Part shown: positions 51,861 through 64,000 of the stretch, piece after piece
How positions within the stretch are numbered: position 1 is the first letter of the stretch
Layout: the number at the start of each line of letters is the position of its first letter
Source of the DNA: Octopus vulgaris
Lineage: Eukaryota
Length of the DNA: 64,000 nt
Assembly: GCA_951406725.2 (NCBI GenBank)
Contig: OX597842.1
Location: 4,402,001-4,466,000, forward strand
Direction of reading: 5' to 3'
Program-made: the position numbers and the translations under genes
Notes under the pieces: model-generated
The model's input: the letters and a program-made list of their open reading frames with translations, nothing else
What the model was told of the DNA's origin: nothing
Database searches by the model: none

Positions 51861-52574
51861 TAGACTGAGCGATGAAATATTTCTAATTTTTGTATGATAA
51901 TTCACTAAAAGCGTTCCACGAATTTTCATGTTATGTTGCATCATATAACACATACACAATTATAAGAAAATGATTCGCGACAGCGAATCGTGACGCATAC
52001 ACACAAACAACAACAAAATATGATAAACGTTTATCGTTTCTTGCCCCAAAACACTAGCATTTGTTTTGCGTTAGCACAATATAATAAAGTGTTTCTCTGA
52101 ACAACCGTTGTAACTCTGCATCCACATAGACTATAAACACCCACTGCGGAGGATACATAGTCAAAACGGCGAAACAGGCGTAGGAAATAAATGACACAAA
52201 CTGAATCTTGTGTCATATTTTCTCTCTATTGTGCTCTGTATATCATAAACGAGATTACTGTTAAATACATTAGTAATCACATCACTTTACGGTGAGCAGA
52301 CTGAATGATGATACTTTATGTGGAGCTCTAAAGTCACCAGTAAACGTTGTACATGTAACTGTACATATAGCAAATACTATGTATGGATGAATGGATTGAT
52401 GTATGCATGTATGGATGGATGGAACTTCACATTTCTTAGACTGGTTCTTCCTGAGGATGGGTCTTTGCGCCCGAAATATAACGTTTTTCTGTAAAACCTT
52501 TCCGCATTGTTCGATACTTTTTTTATTTTCCTTATCTTTTTCTACTTCTGTACTACAATGCTCTTTTGTTGCTT

Positions 52575-52848
52575 GTTTCTTCTCAAGCTACGCTTGGCTC
52601 ATAAGGGCCGGTTTCCCGGTTTCCTTGGCGTATAGGTTCGTCACAGGTAAGCTGCAAGATGCGGGAGGAAAGAGTGTGAGAAAGTTGTGGCGAAAGAGTC
52701 AGCAGAAGTTCGCCATTACCTTCTGCCGGAGTCGCGTGGAACTTAGGTGTTTCGCTCATAAACACAACACATCGCCCGGTCTGAGATTCGAACCCGCGAT
52801 CCCTCGACCGCGAGTCCGCTGCTCTAACCACTAGGTCATGTGCCTCCA
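52575..52848 (-). mobile_element. SINE family C2
   Basis: Reverse complement matches 23942-24240 with an internal deletion. Confidence 0.85.
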
Positions 52849-54399
52849 CTACAATGCTCTGATACGTACAAACGCAGACGCACACACATATGCACAGACT
52901 TAGGTATATCGTCAGTGATAAAAAAGGACCTGTATCCATACATGAATACGTCTACAGAATAACAACACACCCGAACTCGAAAGCCGAAATTTCAACAATC
53001 TTTTTTCTGTGTAAAACATTTAAATATCTGCTCAGTAAAATCTTCCCATTTCAGAATTTTAAAATCATTTCAAAGTCAGATAGGAGATACACCAAATAGA
53101 CATTCCTGAAACACAAGCGACACACACACACACACAGAGAAAACTACACTCTTTGAAGGGTACCAGGCGCTGTTTCACTTCAGTGATTGAGTACTCGAAC
53201 AATTTCCTCTTTGAGTATCCAGCCATGAAATTGGTGGCGATGTGCTGGTGCTGGTAGAAATGACCTTTTGTTGTGGTGGTGATGTGTTTGTTGTGCAGAA
53301 CTAAATCACTTGGTATCTGTGGTTGGTAGATATGGCGGTGATGGGGATGTTAAAGACGGTAGTTCTTGTGTTGGCTCCTATAACTACGGTGGTATGTTGA
53401 TGATGATGATGAGGAGGAGGAGGAGGATGGCGAATGTGGTGGTACTGGTAGTGTTGATTATGATGATGATATGTTGAATATTGTGATAATGGTGATGATG
53501 ATGATGGTGATGAGATGAGGATGTGGTGGTGGTGCTGGTAGTGCTGGTAATTTCGATGATGATGATGATGATGATGATGGTGATATGTTGGATATTGTGG
53601 TATTGATGACGATGTTGGTGATGTGATGAGGATGGTGATTGTGATGGTGGCGTTGGTGGTGGTGGTGGTAGTAACGATGACAGGAAGTAATGGTAACGAA
53701 GACGATGATGATCATAATGATGATCGCGATGATGATGAATACTCTTGATCGTGATGATGATGATCATAGAGATGATGATGCAAAAGGAAGCGAGAGAAAG
53801 AACGACAGACACACAGACAGAGGGCGATGGGTGTGGGGAGGCACAGTGATGTCGACTCTCGTCTCTGATTGTTCTTTCGTGTTGTTTCTCCTCTGAAACT
53901 TTGCGCTTGACTTAGAATGGCGGCGAGATTTGATGTTTTGTTTTCACATCTGAGAGAGAGAGAGGAACCGGAAACTGGTGGTGGTGGTGGTGGTGGTGAT
54001 CCTACTGGTGATGTGTTAGTCCTACTGGTATTGTAATAGTGGTATGGTTTTCCTTTCGTAGTCGGGGATGTGGTGATAGTAGTAATGCCATGGTTGTGGT
54101 GGTATTGGTTCTTGAAGCAGGTTGTGGTGGTGGTTGTTTAGATGCCTTAGTAGTGGTGGTATTGTTTGTTTTTATTTGTGGTGGTGGTCGTCGTGGTAAT
54201 ATGGTTTTGCCATGGCTTAGATAGTAGTAGTAGTGATGGTCTTAGTGGTGGTGTCCGATACTGTTCATGTGGAAGCAGTGGCGGCGATAGTGGTGGTAAT
54301 GATCTAATAGGACAAAGAATGGTGTTGGTGTGTTGCTTGTTTTGTCGCGATTTCGACAAAAGAAACCGACAAAATGAATACCGGGGAAGGGGTAAGTCG

Positions 54400-54552
54400 G
54401 TTACATGGATCCCTATAGTACATGGTACTTTTATTGTAAGAATGAAAAGCAAAGTCGACCTCGGCGAAATTTAAATTCTGAACGTAACGAAGGGAATAAA
54501 TGCCGCTAAGCATTTTGTCCGACGTGCTAACGATTCTGCCAGCTTGCCACCT
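54400..54552 (-). mobile_element. SINE family B
   Basis: aaagtcgacctcggcgaaattt...gtgctaacgattctgccagcttgcc. Confidence 0.75.
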
Positions 54553-54588
54553 TTGAAACAAGTAGAATATTATAAGCAAATGAAGAAA

Positions 54589-54705
54589 AGGCGCGGAGTA
54601 TAGTGGTTAGGGTATTCGGCTCACGATCGTCAAGTTGAGTTCGATTCTCAGCGGCGTGTCGTGTCCTTGAGCAAGACACTTTATGTCTCGTTGCTCCACT
54701 CAATT
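54589..54705 (+). mobile_element. tRNA/CORE-type SINE head, truncated
   Basis: tagtggttagggtattcggctcacgatcg...gagttcgattc...gtgtccttgagcaagacactttat. Confidence 0.7.
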
Positions 54706-54709
54706 CACC

Positions 54710-55400
54710 TCAAAGCTGTGAAATGACGTGTAACGTTTTTGGAATTACAATGAAGCGCACAACAGCCTACCATCCACAGGCCAACGGGTTGGGGGAGATT
54801 TCACCGCCGCCTGAAGGAATCCCTGACAACCGGACTTAACGGGCCCATTTGGATTGATCGACTTCCATGGCTGATGCTGGGAATCTGCACTGCCTGAAAG
54901 GAAAATCTCAACACTTCTTCCGTGGAAATGGTGTATTGTGCCCCTCTTACGGTACCAGGAGAGTTCCTTCTGAACACGAAGTCAGACCCAGATGTCAAAA
55001 GGTACCTGGCGCACTGAGAGACAGTGTGGGCCAGTTGCGTTCTATTCCCATGTCAACACATGGTAAACCTAGACCATCCGTACCATATGACCTCCGCACG
55101 GCGAACTTCGTGTTCTTTCGACGTGACACACGACGAAAACCCTCCAGTTACCTTACGATGGCCCATTTGAAGTCATATGTCCAGGAGATAAATCATTCCA
55201 ACTCCTAATTGGCGGACACCAAGACACAATTTCCATCGATAAGTTGAAACCGGCCCATCTCGATAATGACAGCTCTGTCCAAGTAGCTCAACCACCGTCC
55301 CAGGCGAATCACACCAACCCTTGGCAAGGAACAGTCGCCAAAGAGCCGAGTAACCACACGCGCAAGCAGGGCAGTTAAAACGCCTTCCCGGTTCCAGTGA
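54710..55400 (+). pseudogene. Ty3/Gypsy LTR retrotransposon integrase C-terminal part (degenerate)
   Basis: TTAYHPQANG..RFHRRLKESL..WIDRLPWLMLG..TA; VY.APLTVPGEF; FVFFRRD; YDGPFEVI (GPY/F motif); TISIDKLKPAHLD; TTRASRAVKTPSRFQ* (stop 55398-55400). Confidence 0.88.
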
Positions 55401-55410
55401 CAACAGTTTT

Positions 55411-55640
55411 GGGAGAGGGGGTAGTTATATATAGGGCACTGCCCAAGGCTTTGTGAGAGGCGAACTGTAGACGGGAACTTCGCTACGGGCTAGCGAGGGA
55501 GCTGGTCTGCGGCGAAGTTGACTCCGGTTAAGGGAGTTGACTGGCGGCTGTTGCCCTAATGTGTTCAGCTAAATAAATCTTTCACTAACATATTCTGGGT
55601 CGCCGTTAATTTTTTTGTGTTTAGCTTAACTAAAGCTATA
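55411..55640 (+). mobile_element. Polypurine tract (55411-55421) and probable 3' LTR of the Gypsy element
   Basis: gggagaggggg just after the pol stop, then a GC-richer block with aataaa at ~55572; 3' end inferred. Confidence 0.6.
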
Positions 55641-55811
55641 GCCCTATCCTTTATTCAGACATAGTGTATCTAGGACTACATTATCTAATGTATAGTAATT
55701 ACAGTAGTGAGCTCTAGTTGTTGTTTAGCTCTAAATTAGTTCTGTTCCATCAGATATGGGATTAAAGATGTTCCAGCTGTCTTAAAAGATAATACAGGGG
55801 CTGTAATTTAA

Positions 55812-56040
55812 GGTGAGCTGGCAGAATCGTTAGCACGCCGGTCGAAATACCTAGCGGTATTTCGTCTGCGTTACGTTCTGAGTTCAAATTCCGCCGAGGT
55901 CGACTTTGCCTTTCATCCTTTCGGAGTCGATTAAATAAGCACCAGTTACGCACTGGGGTCGATGTAATCAACTTAATACCTATGTCTGTCCTTGTTTGTA
56001 CCCTCTATGTTTATCCCCCTGTGGGCAATAAAGAAATAAA
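55812..56040 (+). mobile_element. SINE family B, full length
   Basis: ggtgagctggcagaatcgttagcacgccgg...gtcgactttgcctttcatcctttcgg...ccccctgtgggcaataaagaaata. Confidence 0.88.
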
Positions 56041-56974
56041 TGTAAGGGAGATTTAGTTGCTATTTCTAGCAGTTTAAGCAGCCTATACAGCCCCTTCTCT
56101 TCCTACCACCGTTACTGTCCCTACTCTCATCACCACTTCCGTCTCGACCATCATTACCACCACCACCACCACCACCACCACTACTACTACTATCACAACC
56201 CTACCAATAGTATCACAACTATCACAACTACTACTACTGCTCCTACCTTTGTCACTGCCACGACCACCACAACTACCACTGCTACCATTCACTATCAACA
56301 CTACCACTTGCACCACAACCCCCATCACTACTACCACTATTAGCAGTATCCACCAATACTACTACCTCAACCACCACTACCACCAGTACCACTACCACTA
56401 CTACCGCCTCTACCTCCACTACTCCCCCCCATCATCATCACTGGCCCCTACTCTCACTCCGTCCCCACCCTACCACTAGCCACATACAAATGGTTTTCAT
56501 ATTAAGACTGACAGCTATTGTCTGATCTGGGGTAGATGAGGGGGGGATGGAGGTAGGAGGTAGAAAGAGGAGTAGGAGGAGAAGAGTATGGACAAATAAA
56601 CGGGGGGGGGGGGCAAAAAGTATACGTAGGAAGGGATGGGGTGGAATCGGTGTGTGACGGGGGAGTGCGTTTTGCGCAGGGGTGGGGGGTGAGACGTAGG
56701 GTGGCAGTCGGAGGTAATAAGGTCAGTTGAGGGGGGGGGTAGGAAAAAGAGGAAAAGCAGAGAGCAAGTAGGAGGGACGTGCGGTGGGTGAGTAGGGGGT
56801 TGTCTTGCGTGGGTTGTAGCAATATTGGTTCAGGTGGTGGGGGAGGAGGTAAGGTGGGTGGGGGGTGGGGCTTCATGCGTTGGAACGAGGGCTGGGTAAA
56901 TTCATAAACCAGAAGAGGGTATATGCCTGTTCAAAAGCCCTTCGCACCCTCAATGAAAAAGCAGCCATGTACTC

Positions 56975-57720
56975 CCATCAATCGGCTAGAATAGCTAATA
57001 CTAATAGTCTGAATAAAAGTTGGGATGGTCACGACTAGAACGGCTTTGGCTATAGGTCTGCTAGATCAGGGCTGCCCTGTGCCTAAAACAACCGCTTTAG
57101 CCTCTAACTCTGCTATAACTTATACGTTAGATAATGTAGTCCTAGATACACGATGTCTGAATAAAAGATGGGATGGTCACAGCTGGAACGTTTTTGATCA
57201 TAGGTCCACAGGATCAGGACTGCCCTGGGATTAAACAACCACTGTAGCCACTAATACTAACTACATTCGACAATGTACTCCTAGATACACCTAAACAGCA
57301 ACTATAGCCACAAAAACTAATTTCTGTGCTATACATTAGATAATGTAGTCCTAGATACACTATGCCTGAATAAAAGACGGGAAGGTCACAGCTGGAACAT
57401 CTTTGATCATAGGGCTGTTGAATCATGACTGACCTAGGGTTAAACAACAACAACAATAGCCACTGATACTAACTCTTATACTATACATTAGATAATGTAG
57501 TCCTACTTACACTGAATAATAGATGGGATGGTCACAGCTGGAACATCTTTTGATCATTGCCGCTAATACAAATTACTCAACATTGGATGAAATCGTAGAT
57601 GCACTAAGTCTGAATAATAGATGGGAAGGTCACAGGTGGAACATCTTTGATCATAGGTCTACTGGATCAGAACTGACCTGGGGTTAAATAACAGCAGCAA
57701 GGACCTTGAACAACAACTGT
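56975..57720 (+). repeat. Tandem array (~5-6 units) of the 3' module of family D
   Basis: tgaataa.agatggga.ggtcacagctggaacatctttgatcatagg near 57011, 57158, 57367, 57513 and 57611. Confidence 0.85.
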
Positions 57721-58864
57721 AGCGTGTAGAAAGACAATGTGGTAGGTTGATCTGGGAGTGGTGAGAGTTGGAAAGGGTTCAAAGGAGGAGTGGAAGGGAG
57801 AGGTGTTGGTGGTGGCGTGAGTTTAAGGTGGAGAGGAAGGAGTGCAAAAAGAATGAAGGTGGGAGAGGAGTTTTCTGTTTTGTTTGAAAGGATACTTTTC
57901 TGACTTTCCCTTTCTTTCTCTTCCAACAAATGGTCACCTGGGGACAGCAGTTAATACCGAGTGCATGGGGCCAAACAGAAATATTGTCATTCGTGCCGTC
58001 GCCGTCATTGTTGTTATCACCGCCATCATCAGTACTATGATCATCATAGTCGTCGTTGTCGTCATCATCATCGTCATAATCAGTGTCGTCACCATCACCA
58101 TCATCAACGTCGTCATCATCACCATCGTCATATATACGAATAAGTACTAGACTGGTACTAGTACGAATAAGTTCTGGGGCCGATCCATTCGACTAAATTT
58201 TTTAAAGGTGGTGCCCCAGCATGGCCGCAGTCTAATGACGGTGCGAATGATTGAGAAAAACAGCTTTAGAAAGTCCTATTTATTCACTACATGTAAATCT
58301 ACCTACAGATGTTATAATTTGTCTCATATCTGGAGATCTATTTTCAGATGCTTTCATCTAGAATTTCATCTGGAGATAAATCTCCAGATGAAATCTCCAG
58401 ATGAAATCTCCAGATGAACTCGTGTTTTATTTAGAGATCTACCTCCAGACGTTTTAATCTTGAATCCTACTTTCAGAAATTTGATTCTCGTCTTTTTATA
58501 ATATTTTTATTTGGAGACCTGTCTCAAATTGTCTAATCACGTCGTTTATCTCGATACCTGCCTCCAGACGTTTGGATCAAGCTGGGTTTCAACCAGTTAA
58601 TAAGACTGACACTGCAGTGCTTCACTTCTCCGATTCAATCTTTTCGTTAATCATGATGTCACAAAAGTGATTTTGTGACCATCATCCGTATTGATACGTG
58701 AATGAACGAGGAACAATGTATATAAGTTCAAACACTGTCTCCCCTACACAAACATATTTGTCTCTCATGCATTTTATAATTCCTCTCCGTTTCTCCCCCA
58801 TCGTTCTTTCTCTCTTTCTCTCTCTTCCTCTCTTTTTCGATTCTCTCTGTTCTGCCTTTCTATC

Positions 58865-59050
58865 GTTACTTGCGTCAGTCACTCAACTGCGGCCACGCTG
58901 GGGCACCACCTTGAAGAAATTTTAGTTGAATGAATTAACTCCAATACTTTTTTTTTTGGTGCTTATTTTATCGTTCGCTTTTGCCGAAGCGTTAGGTTAC
59001 GGGAACGTTAACACACCAATACTGATTGTCAAGCGATGGTAGGGGAAACA

Positions 59051-59093
<43 letters not shown>

Positions 59094-59235
59094 TGGTGGG
59101 ATTCTTTCAGTTTCCGTCTACCAATTGCGCTTACAAGGCTTTGGTCGGCTTGAGGCTATAGCAGAAGACACTTGCCCAAGGTGCCGCGCAGTGATGGGAC
59201 CGAACCCGGTACCATGTAGTTGGGAAGCAAGCCCT
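58865..59235 (-). mobile_element. SINE family A
   Basis: ctgcggccacgctggggcaccacc...gaagacacttgcccaaggtgcc...gaacccggtaccatg. Confidence 0.8.
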
Positions 59236-59663
59236 TACCGCCGGTTCATCAACTTTTCTACTCTCTCTCTCCCCCTCTCCCTCTCGTTTTTCTCCCAATC
59301 TCATCCACCTCCCACACTTCACTGTCATCTCCGCTCTCTCACTCACACTACCTGCCTCCTACTACAGCCACTCTCCCCATCATGTCTCCCTCCCTCCCTA
59401 CTTACCGCCTCCCACTCTCCCTCTTCGATTGATTATTTCAATAACATTTGTCCAAGTTTTGTTTAAACAACCTCAATGAGTTTTGGTGGGAGGAGGAGGA
59501 GGCGGAGGAGGAAAGGTTGGAGGTGTGAGCTGTTGTTGGTTGACTTCTCACCCAACAAAACTGCAACTTGAAAGACATTCCAGCCATGACAAATACCCCT
59601 TGTTCTCCATCAGAGAACACTTTTTCTTGCTACTAATTGCAACTGTCCATGTCATTCCCTTAA

Positions 59664-59696
<33 letters not shown>

Positions 59697-59733
59697 CATA
59701 GTAATGGTAACAATTATTACTATAATCATTACG

Positions 59734-59766
<33 letters not shown>

Positions 59767-59918
59767 TGATTATTATTATTTGTTTTTATTATTATTTTAT
59801 TATTATTATTATTTACCTATGTGTTTAAGACCGTTAATAACACGGTCAGTAAACATTGATTTACTGGGCAAAGATATACATCTTGTCTGTCTGTCCTGCT
59901 CGAATGTGTGTCTGTGTG

Positions 59919-59958
<40 letters not shown>

Positions 59959-60194
59959 CGTTTGTGTTTGTGTGCGTTTGTGTGTGTGTTGCCTGCCTGT
60001 ACCTCTATACCGACCTATTTCTGAGTGTCTCTCCGGCTTAGATTTAGCTTCTCGGGAGAAAAGCACGGTGTGTGTGTGTGTGTGTCTGTGTGCGTGTGTG
60101 TTTGAATATATAGACACACTGGCTAAATGTCATCTGGAAATATGGATACAATGTGTGTATATAGACTGGATAAACAGATCGACACAGAGAGGAT

Positions 60195-60935
60195 TCTTTT
60201 ATTTGTTTCAGTCATTTGACTGCAGCCATGCTAGAGCACCGCTTTAAACAGTTTTAGTCGAAGAAATTAATCCCAGGACTTATTCTTTTGTAAGCCTAGT
60301 ACTTATTTTATCGGCCTCTTTTGCTGAACCGATAAGTTATGGGGACGTAAACACACCAACATCGGTTGTCAAGCGATGGTAGTGGAACAAACATAAAGGC
60401 ACACACATATATATATACATATATATGTATGTACATATCTACATCTATACGTATATATACATGCATATATGGGTACAGGACTTCAAAAAAAACGTTGAAC
60501 ACAATGAGAAACGAAAGCATAGAAACGAACTTTTTTTCGAACAACGAAACAGGGAAACGAGACATACAACACAAAGAATATTCCCCTTCTTCAGTTGTCC
60601 CTGTTTCAACTACTCCACGTTTCGACGGCAAAGACATTGTGTTCAACGTTTTTTTGATGTCCTGCTCCCATATGCATGTATATATACATATCTATGTAGG
60701 TATGTACACATATGTATGTATACATGCATATATTTATATATTATTTATATTATCATCTGATCGAACGCCACGCATCCTTTTCCAAGTATATATATATATA
60801 TATATAAGAAAGTGAAGTTGTAAGATACCGCACGTGTGGAAATATATATGAAAGAAGGTTTGGAAAAGCAATTTTAAAAGGTGTTTATTCACTAAATGAA
60901 TAAACACCTTTCAAAATTGCATTTCCAAACCTTCT

Positions 60936-61002
<67 letters not shown>

Positions 61003-61068
61003 CTTCTTTCATATTATATATATATATATAAAACCTTCTTTCATATTATATATATATATAAAACCTTC

Positions 61069-61130
<62 letters not shown>

Positions 61131-61280
61131 CGGGCTTCTTTCAGTTTACGTCTCCCAAATCCACTCAAGTCTTTGAAGTCTTTGACCAGCCCGAGGCTAG
61201 TGTAAAAGACACGTGCCCAAGGTGCCATTTTGTGAGACTGAACGCAGAACCATGTGGTTGAGAAACAAGCTTCTTACCAC
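60195..61280 (-). mobile_element. SINE family A tail (60195-60410) and head (61130-61280) separated by ~720 bp of microsatellite and inserted repeat
   Basis: Collinear halves in the same orientation flank the TA-rich interval. Confidence 0.65.
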
Positions 61281-61440
61281 ACACACACACACACACACAG
61301 AGAGATTAAATGGAATACGGTGTGTATGTATTAGCCAAATGAACCTTGCTACATACAGTACGTTGAAACTGTGTGGATAGAGAGATACATAGTGTAAATG
61401 TTAAGTGGATAGATAGACACAGTGTGTAGAGGTTGACTGG

Positions 61441-61763
61441 CTAGAGTTCTCAACCATTTTTTATCCCTGGACACCTTTCGTAACTATTTTATTTTGGTCG
61501 ACCTCATAGCCATTCGATGTTAAAAACTAGTTTTATAGAAACTGCTTTCAAAATTCCTGTTTTGTTCATCACACGTAACTTTTGTAGGTTGAACTATGTC
61601 AAATGTTAGAGAAAGAAACCTCGCCGTTTTTTGCAATGCATACATCTAATGGAAAATATTTTCAAGGGTTCTTCAAATATTATTGTGGATGCCCAATACT
61701 ATTTTGTTGCGTGAATCCCCAAGAACCCTCAGGGGCCATGTGAACCCCACTTGAGAAAAACGA
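61441..61763 (-). mobile_element. hAT-like MITE, uninterrupted copy of the 17768-18614 family
   Basis: gttctcaaccattttttatc...catagccattcgatgttaaaaactagttttatagaa..ctttcaaaattcct...taggttgaactatgt...agagaaagaaacct. Confidence 0.75.
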
Positions 61764-61919
61764 GATAGTGTGTAGACGTTGACTAGAAACAGATTGGATA
61801 GATAGACATATTGTGTAAATGTCGAGTGAATTGATAGACACCGTGCTTAGAAGATGTTGACTGGATGGATAGACGCAGAATGTAGATATTGACTAGATTA
61901 CAGAGTTGCTCAAGGGCCG

Positions 61920-62170
61920 CCAGTTTCGTTCATTGCCTCTTATGTCTAAATAAAAGATGAGATGATCACAGATGAATATTTTTTATCTTAGGTCTGATGG
62001 GTCAGAATTGACCTGGGGCCAAAGAACAACAACAACACCAACAATATAGCCTCTAATACGAAGTACTATGCTATACATTTGATGATGTAGTCCTAGATAT
62101 ATTAGAATTGATTGAAAAAAGTCAGGATGGTCACGGATGGAGTACCTCGTTCAAATAAGACTGACCTGAG
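61920..62170 (+). mobile_element. SINE-like family D 3' modules
   Basis: tgtctaaataaaagatgagatgatcacag...gacctggggccaaagaacaacaac...atgtagtcctagata. Confidence 0.6.
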
Positions 62171-62889
62171 TAACACCGTTCAGCTGAACAGACGCTAGAT
62201 AAGCACTCTGCATTTTCACGGATTATCTTAGCATCCACCAACCCATCCCTGCCCATCACACATTATCTCTATGTTTATTATCGGTCACGCTGAATTAAAA
62301 TCTTTCCTTATTTCTTATTCCTTCTCTCCCCACTCCCCACTCCCTCTTTCTCTTTCCCTCTCGCCTTTTCTCCCCCTCCTCCCCTTCATTTCCTGCCACC
62401 GACTTACCCTGCCGCCTCATCCCCCTCTCTTTGTCTTCGTCATTGTACATCGCCCGAGGACTTTGCTGTCAAAATATGAATCATATACATACATACATAT
62501 ATATTACATATATACATATAACAAATGCACACACACACATATAGCATGTATATAAACGTGTGTGTGTGTGTGTGTGTGTGTACTGACGGTGGGATAATGT
62601 AGAAAAGAAAGGAAGAAGGATGACAACGGTGGCAGTAGGAGGAGGTAGGGAGTTATCAGTGGGAGGTAGGATTAACTGCTGAGTGCTGCTACTAATGTGG
62701 ATAAATTAAGGGCTTAGGTGGACCATGAAGTTATGGATTAATGGATTAAATATGAAAAAAAAATACACACTTCTCAGTCTCACTCTACCCCCACCCCACT
62801 TCTTTTTAAAATTTTGTTGTAGATTCATTCTATTATTATTATCATCATCATCAGCATCATCATCATTATCATCATTATTATCATTATGG

Positions 62890-63255
62890 CGGCGGCAATG
62901 GCGAGCTGGCAGAATCGTTAGGACGCCGGACGAAATGCTTAGTGAGTATTTCGTCTGCCGCTACGTTCTGGGTTCAAATTCCGCCGAGGTCGACTTTGTC
63001 TTTTATCCTTTCGGGGTCGATAAAGAAAGTAACGGTTACGCACTGGGGTCGATATAATGGACTTAGTCCGTTTGTCTGTCCTTGTTTGTCCCCTCTGTGT
63101 TTAGCCCCTTGTGGGCAATAAAGAAATAGATATTTCATCTGTTTTTATGTTCTGAGTTCAAATTCTGCCGAGGTCGACTTTGCCTTTCATCCTTTCGGGG
63201 TCCATAAATTAAGTACCAGTCAATGTAATCGATTAGTGCCCTCCACCAAAATTTC
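62890..63255 (+). mobile_element. SINE family B, full length plus a second central module
   Basis: ggcgagctggcagaatcgttagg...gccccttgtgggcaataaagaaatag, then gttctgagttcaaattctgccgaggtcgactttgcc. Confidence 0.85.
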
Positions 63256-63259
63256 ATGC

Positions 63260-63303
<44 letters not shown>

Positions 63304-63676
63304 GTAGGTAGGTAGGTAGGTAGGTGTAGGTATGTAGGTAGGTAGGTAGGTCTGTCTGTCTGTCTGTCTGTCTGTCTGGGTGCGAGAGGGGAAGTCAGTA
63401 AGTCACTGAAAAGGTCGCAAGCAGCGACGAAAGAGTTTTGACGACCCAACAACCGATTGATTGCTTAACCAGCACATTAAATAAATGATCGGTTAGTTTG
63501 TTGGTTAGATATTTAACCAATTGACTAACAACAAAGAACTGGTATTGAACCAGTGTCTGTTGTTATTCGCATAATAACCCTTCCAAGACACAACAAAATT
63601 TCTTTCAACATACGAATTCCCATCGAGAAACTTACAAACCAAATACAAAATCATAGTGTGTGTGTGTGTGAGTGTA

Positions 63677-64000
63677 GACGCAGGCGTGGCTGCGTGGTAA
63701 GAAGCTTGCTTCCCAACCACATGGTTCTGGGTTCAGCTCCACTGTGTGGCACCTTGGGCAAATGTTTTCTACTATAGTCTCGGGCCGACCAAAGCCTTGT
63801 GAGTGGGTTTGGTAGATGGAAACTGAAAGAAGCCCGGAGTATATATGTATATATAACCGATATTGGTGTGCTTATTTCTCTGTATATTAGCGGTTCGGCA
63901 AAAAAGACCGATAGAATAAGTACTAGGCTTACAAAGAATAAGTCCTGGGGTCGATTTGTTCGACTAAGGGCTGTGCTCCAGCATGGCCACAATCGACTGA
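63677..64000 (+). mobile_element. SINE family A, running to the window end
   Basis: gacgcaggcgtggctgcgtggtaagaagcttgcttcccaaccacatgg...gtgctccagcatggcc. Confidence 0.88.

Overview
AT-rich eukaryotic DNA saturated with microsatellites. The tRNA-derived SINE families present and the density of (TA)n/(CA)n/(GATA)n/(TAA)n point to an octopus (coleoid cephalopod) genome; this is an inference from recognising the repeats, not a database result. I find no intact host protein-coding gene, and nearly all ORFs in the supplied track are translations of simple repeats or SINEs. The protein-coding remnants I can recognise all come from transposons: a Penelope-like element (RT plus GIY-YIG, Naiad-like, 7.6-8.6 kb), R4/Dong-clade non-LTR fragments (10.8-12.1 kb inside a (TAA)n tract, and 5.6-5.8 kb), two internally deleted mariners (28.8-29.6 kb, 50.4-51.0 kb), a Tc1 fragment, a Gypsy integrase with PPT and LTR (54.7-55.6 kb) and a CR1-group LINE 3' end (44.6-44.8 kb). 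There are also MITEs, Helitron-like elements, at least four modular SINE families and several tandem arrays. The best unexplained signal is a complete type-I hammerhead ribozyme at 5210-5302, with a palindromic minimal stem III and an unusually long (~25 bp) stem II. About 150 nt downstream of it is a back-to-back 3'/5' splice site (CAG|GTGAGT), resembling a recursive-splicing ratchet point. Repeat boundaries were read by eye and are approximate (+/-10-30 nt).
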